From: Naegleria gruberi
Taxonomy: Eukaryota
DNA: 2,424 bases
Assembly (NCBI GenBank): GCA_000004985.1
Contig: GG739263.1
Strand: one strand, 5' to 3'
How positions within the stretch are numbered: the stretch's first letter is position 1; every line of letters begins with the position of its first letter. Under the pieces are notes generated by a model. That model worked only from the letters and a program-made list of their open reading frames with translations, was not told the DNA's origin and did not search any database. Shown here piece by piece: positions 1-2,424 of this stretch. A program made the position numbers and the translations under genes.

Positions 1-221
1 TCACACCTTCTTTGACGTTTCTACTGAACATATGATTTAAAATGTTCACATGCGAAACTTTTTGGAATGGTTATTTGTGGTTGAGTGGTTTGACCTTGTC
101 CAGTCTCTGACCAATAAAATTCGAGATCAAATTCATAACTGTCATTAGAAGACATTCGCTGATAATTTTAGATATTGGTTGTTGGGATTTGTGTTGGTTT
201 GAGGAAGAATTCTTCACCGTA

Positions 222-230
222 TTTTTTTTT
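222..230. repeat. T9 homopolymer
   Basis: atttttttttc, read directly; this is low-complexity sequence. Confidence 0.8.
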
Positions 231-283
231 CTTCTTGAAAATCGGTCACGTTCCGTTTAATTACCGATTCTATTATTGATTAT

Positions 284-285
284 TA
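284..285. repeat. TA, putative target-site duplication (left copy)
   Basis: The dinucleotide ta lies immediately outside the CAGT terminus (..gattatTA|CAGTCTG..). Confidence 0.45.
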
Positions 286-323
286 CAGTCTGTTTCATCC
301 AATGCTGAACGCAAAAAAATGAA
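286..323 (+). repeat. Left terminal inverted repeat of the element
   Basis: Read directly from the sequence; see the alignment described for the mobile element. Confidence 0.7.
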
Positions 324-978
324 GTTTTTCAAACTTTTAGTCAGGAATGGCAGTTTTCTGATCGATTGGCCTTTGTTAGGAAGGGAAAACCACTTGAATA
401 CCTTCAGATTCTAATAAAAAAGTTGTGTTTCTAATTGAAAAACAAGAACATCAGTCCAAAAATCAAAAAACTTGTTTTCTCTCTTCACATGTCTCGTCAC
501 ACGCCAATGCTAGCCGTTAAATTTCAAACTCAAAAAAAATAAAGCAATGGTTAGTAGCAAAACCGTTCACTCAAAACTAACTTTTCGACTTGTAGATTTT
601 TTCATAATTTTCTGTCAGTGACATGTACTATAGAGAACCATCACCACCCAAGCAAAGGAAGTACTCTGCTACACTCTACATATCATGTATCTTTTAAAAG
701 CACATCTGTTTCATAGACCTTTTGTCTGTCAGCCACATGATAAACAGCCCAACATCATCAGTTCGGCTCCCTAACACAACAATATTCCAAATAAGCATCA
801 ATTCAAATTGAATAAAATAAATAAATTCTTTATTAAAACAGTCTGCTTCATTGATCAATCAGTGCAGTATAAACACAGGCATTCCACTCATTACAACTGC
901 TAAATCCTTAAAGGCTCTCTAAACCAAAATGAGAGACAGTTGAAAAACTTTGCTGTTACCAAAAAAAACTTGCAAAAT

Positions 979-1016
979 TTCGTTTTTTTGCGTTCAACAT
1001 TGGATGAAACAGACTG
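979..1016 (-). repeat. Right terminal inverted repeat of the element
   Basis: Reverse complement of 979..1016 aligns to 286..323 with two mismatches (C/T at TIR position 20, T/C at position 35). Confidence 0.7.
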
Positions 1017-1018
1017 TA
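1017..1018. repeat. TA, putative target-site duplication (right copy)
   Basis: ..CAGACTG|TAtcgaat..; ta lies immediately outside the right terminus. Confidence 0.45.
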
Positions 1019-1255
1019 TCGAATAAAAAGTGTTTCGCTATGAACTTGAACGAAAAGGCCATTAATGATAATGTCTGATAGCATTGAACTGCTTGAGGTT
1101 CATTTTTAATCAAAAATGGCCATTACTAATTTGTATTTGAATCAATCAGTTCTCTCACTCTCTCGTTTACAAATTGGAGATTCTTATATTGGATATTCCA
1201 ATGTTAGTTGTTCACAATATTGAAGTTTAATTATTGTCTAAAAGTGTGTTTCCAG

Positions 1256-1272
1256 TATTATTATTATTATTA
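1256..1272. repeat. (TAT)n / (ATT)n microsatellite, about 5.7 units
   Basis: tattattattattatta, read directly. Confidence 0.8.
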
Positions 1273-1341
1273 GCACAGGAAGTCTCAAACGATATTGAAT
1301 TCTTATTGAAAGGCATCATCACATCTCTCATCTTTACAATA

Positions 1342-1361
1342 AAATCTCAATAAATCTCAAT
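1342..1361. repeat. Perfect 10-bp tandem duplication (aaatctcaat x2)
   Basis: aaatctcaat at 1342..1351 is repeated exactly at 1352..1361. Confidence 0.7.
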
Positions 1362-1529
1362 ACTGTACAGAACAACAATTTTCAATGTTCAAGTATAGAA
1401 CTTTTGCTCACATCAAACTGGCTCGCTACTTGAACTCAATTCCAATTTGTGCGACTTTAGAGCGGAGCTCAACTCGAGATTAAATCCAGACACATTGAGC
1501 TTGTAGTTTTCACTACCCTAAGAGTGGAT

Positions 1530-1586
1530 GTAGTTGGTGGTGTAGCCGGTAGCCGGTTACAGCCGGATGGTAGTGCGGGTAGTCGG
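1530..1586. repeat. GC-rich degenerate short tandem repeat (about six GTAG-Y-(N)-GG units) forming a GC island in AT-rich DNA
   Basis: Units: gtagttgg (1530..1537), gtagccgg (1542..1549), tagccgg (1550..1556), cagccgg (1560..1566), gtagtgcgg (1570..1578), gtagtcgg (1579..1586). There are four CCGG and several CGG within ~45 nt. No start-to-stop ORF covers the island on either strand. Confidence 0.45.
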
Positions 1587-1635
1587 AAGCTGTTGAATAC
1601 ACCTTCAAAGCCAAAAATTAATAAAAGTTCTATTT

Positions 1636-2088
1636 TTAAAATTTAACTTTATGGAAATTCATGAAAAACGAGTATTGGTTGAACATTTCTTTGCCAGCAA
1701 TATTATGAATCAAACATTTACCAATTATTTGATTTACTGCAACATAGCCTGTTGTTACATGAATGTTTGAATCAATTAATCTATATCCAATAATTGGATG
1801 AACCGAAGAGAGACACTTTTTGATGTTGGTGAAATATACTTTTTGCTCTTTAACCTCAACAAATTGACCAACAAGTAAGGAACCATCCTTTGCCTTAAAT
1901 AAAATAAATTCTTTGTTTTGTACAATTGGAATCCATTTCTTGTTTTCAGATTGATTTCTTACCCAAGGATAATTGATGTTAATTTGTCTTTGAAGTTTTT
2001 CAAAATTCGCTCCTCGTTGTTCTAAATTTTTGTGATTGGAAGAGTCATTAAATTGTTTGAAAACTTTGTGTTTCAATTCAAAAAGCAA
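1636..2088 (-). CDS. C-terminal segment (150 codons) of the same uncharacterised protein; it has no ATG start of its own
   Basis: Open frame of 150 codons ending at TAA (plus 1633..1635). The 'M' in the ORF track is a TTG (plus 2086..2088 = caa), which is a start only under the bacterial translation table. There is no in-frame ATG until ~20 codons from the end (..AGKEMFNQ..). The frame opens just after a TGA at 2104..2106 and overlaps the end of the upstream ORF by 16 nt. Codon bias matches the upstream ORF. The most economical reading is that it continues that ORF. Confidence 0.5.
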   Translation of the reverse strand: MLFELKHKVFKQFNDSSNHKNLEQRGANFEKLQRQININYPWVRNQSENKKWIPIVQNKEFILFKAKDGSLLVGQFVEVKEQKVYFTNIKKCLSSVHPIIGYRLIDSNIHVTTGYVAVNQIIGKCLIHNIAGKEMFNQYSFFMNFHKVKF

Positions 2089-2420
2089 TGCCCAGAAGAA
2101 CCTTCAAAAATATGAGAATTCCAATGAAAATTAGGATTTGTAAAATTACCATTACCATATAGGGAAATGACTTGTTTCCTGAAATTGAAATGTTTCAATT
2201 TTGCAATTTCAATGTTTGAAGGTGAAACCAAATCTTGAATCAAAGAAAGTACGTATTCTACGTGATTTGACCAACATATAATATGTTTCTTCTTCAAACT
2301 GAATGAAACATCACAGTGATTCTTATTATTAATAAGAAAATCATAGATAATTGGGCAACTAAAAACCACGAATTCCAAAAAATGATCTGCTGAACAATCA
2401 TTGTAATCTTTTGCAATCAT
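2073..2420 (-). CDS. N-terminal segment (115 codons) of an uncharacterised protein; may be 5'-incomplete at the window edge
   Basis: ATG at 2420..2418 in an A-rich context (gaaaATGatt). The frame stays open in the single additional codon visible before the window ends at 2424, so the true start could lie outside. It runs 115 sense codons to a TGA (plus 2073..2075) in ~68% AT sequence, where a stop is expected roughly every 12 codons. Codon usage is biased (AAT, AAA, ATT, TTT, TTG, GGT) and matches the downstream ORF. I recognise no domain or family from the translation. Confidence 0.5.
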   Translation of the reverse strand: MIAKDYNDCSADHFLEFVVFSCPIIYDFLINNKNHCDVSFSLKKKHIICWSNHVEYVLSLIQDLVSPSNIEIAKLKHFNFRKQVISLYGNGNFTNPNFHWNSHIFEGSSGHCFLN

Positions 2421-2424
2421 TTTC

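Larger units (their letters stand above)
286..1016. mobile_element. Non-autonomous TIR element (MITE-like), Tc1/mariner (or IS630-like) type: TA target site, CAGT termini, no coding capacity
   Basis: Plus 286..323 (CAGTCTGTTTCATCCAATGCTGAACGCAAAAAAATGAA) matches the reverse complement of 979..1016 (CAGTCTGTTTCATCCAATGTTGAACGCAAAAAAACGAA) at about 36 of 38 positions by eye. A weaker, gapped similarity continues inward for another ~20 nt (gtttttcaaact vs gtttttcaactg). TA dinucleotides flank both ends (284..285 and 1017..1018). The 5'-TA|CAGT.. end structure is characteristic of Tc1/mariner and IS630 elements. The 731-bp interior has no ORF of meaningful length on either strand. Confidence 0.65.
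1636..2420 (-). pseudogene. Single ~261-codon gene model interrupted by a 1-nt frame change at an A5/T5 homopolymer (plus 2080..2084); either a frameshift pseudogene or an assembly/sequencing indel
   Basis: The minus strand reads ..ggg cat tgc ttttt gaa ttg aaa... In the ORF2 frame it gives G H C F L N stop. With one extra T in the T5 run it reads G H C F F E L K H K V F K Q.., which joins directly onto ORF1 (..ELKHKVFKQF..). By my count this gives 113 + 1 + 147 = 261 codons. No intron can be placed in the 16-nt overlap. Confidence 0.4.

Noticed and set aside
96-118. ccagtctctgaccaataaaat resembling the element terminus (cagtct..ccaat), i.e. a solo or degenerate TIR
   Set aside because: Only two short blocks match, with different spacing between them. 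There is no flanking TA and no partner repeat. The similarity is at chance level.
852-1150. Shared 10-11-mer atcaatcagt at 853..863 and 1140..1150, and a loose ~20-nt similarity between 1217..1236 and 1292..1310
   Set aside because: Exact matches of 10-12 nt are expected a few times by chance in 2.4 kb of A/T-biased sequence. There is no extended alignment around them.
1526-1590. Possible tRNA or other small RNA gene in the GC-rich island
   Set aside because: Neither strand folds into an obvious cloverleaf. There is no GTTCRANYC-type T-loop box, no plausible acceptor-stem pairing, and no C/D or H/ACA box arrangement. The repetitive GTAGYCGG unit structure explains the GC content better.
1461-1642. 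Plus-strand open frame running through the GC island (..SGAQLEIKSRHIELVVFTTLRVDVVGGVAGSRLQPDGSAGSRKLLNTPSKPKINKSSIFKI*)
   Set aside because: It has no ATG, is only ~60 codons long between stops, and is low-complexity because of the repeat. I take it to be a chance open frame created by the G/C-rich repeat in AT-rich surroundings.
1894-1962. Candidate intron in the minus-strand gene (GTAAGA donor at plus 1957..1962, ..tttatttaag acceptor near 1894)
   Set aside because: It is 69 nt long, not a multiple of three, so splicing it out would shift the frame. The reading frame is already open and codon-biased straight through it, so there is no need to invoke it.
2073-2088. Tiny intron or programmed ribosomal frameshift joining the two ORFs
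   Set aside because: The 16-nt overlap cannot hold an intron. There is no slippery heptamer plus downstream structure typical of programmed frameshifting. An A5/T5 homopolymer indel is the simpler explanation.
1-2424. CRISPR array, toxin-antitoxin pair, restriction-modification or other prokaryotic defence or secretion system
   Set aside because: There are no regularly spaced direct repeats with unique spacers and no operon-like run of ORFs. The sequence has a eukaryotic non-coding character. The only gene has no recognisable defence-related motif.

Overview
The window is about two-thirds A+T and reads like eukaryotic non-coding DNA; I cannot place the organism. The first ~1.63 kb has no long ORF on either strand, and the 3' third carries one gene. 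It contains homopolymer runs and several short simple repeats (an (ATT)n microsatellite, a 10-bp tandem duplication, GT-rich tracts). The splice-like hexamers I checked (tttcag-type acceptors, a gtaaga donor) gave no workable intron. The codon usage of the gene (TTG Leu, GGT Gly, AGA Arg, TCT/TCA Ser) does not identify the organism.

Three things stand out:

1. **A short inverted-repeat transposon (MITE-like) at 286..1016.** It is 731 bp and non-coding. It is bounded by near-identical ~38-bp terminal inverted repeats that begin 5'-CAGTCTGTTTCATCCAATG, and it is flanked on both sides by TA. This is the signature of a non-autonomous Tc1/mariner-type element.

2. **One minus-strand gene at 1636..2420, which the ORF track splits into two overlapping ORFs.** The upstream ORF starts with ATG at 2420, two codons from the window edge. 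The downstream ORF contains no ATG until its last ~20 codons; the 'M' shown by the track is a TTG. A single extra T in the T5 run (plus-strand A5 at 2080..2084) would fuse the two into one ORF of ~261 codons. This is either a homopolymer indel error or a very recent frameshift pseudogene. I could not recognise the product.

3. **A 60-bp GC-rich island at 1526..1590, inside otherwise AT-rich DNA.** It is built from about six degenerate copies of a GTAGYCGG-type unit and lies ~45 bp downstream of the gene's stop.

I see no RNA genes, no CRISPR array and nothing resembling a prokaryotic defence or secretion system. I do not claim a novel biological system here.
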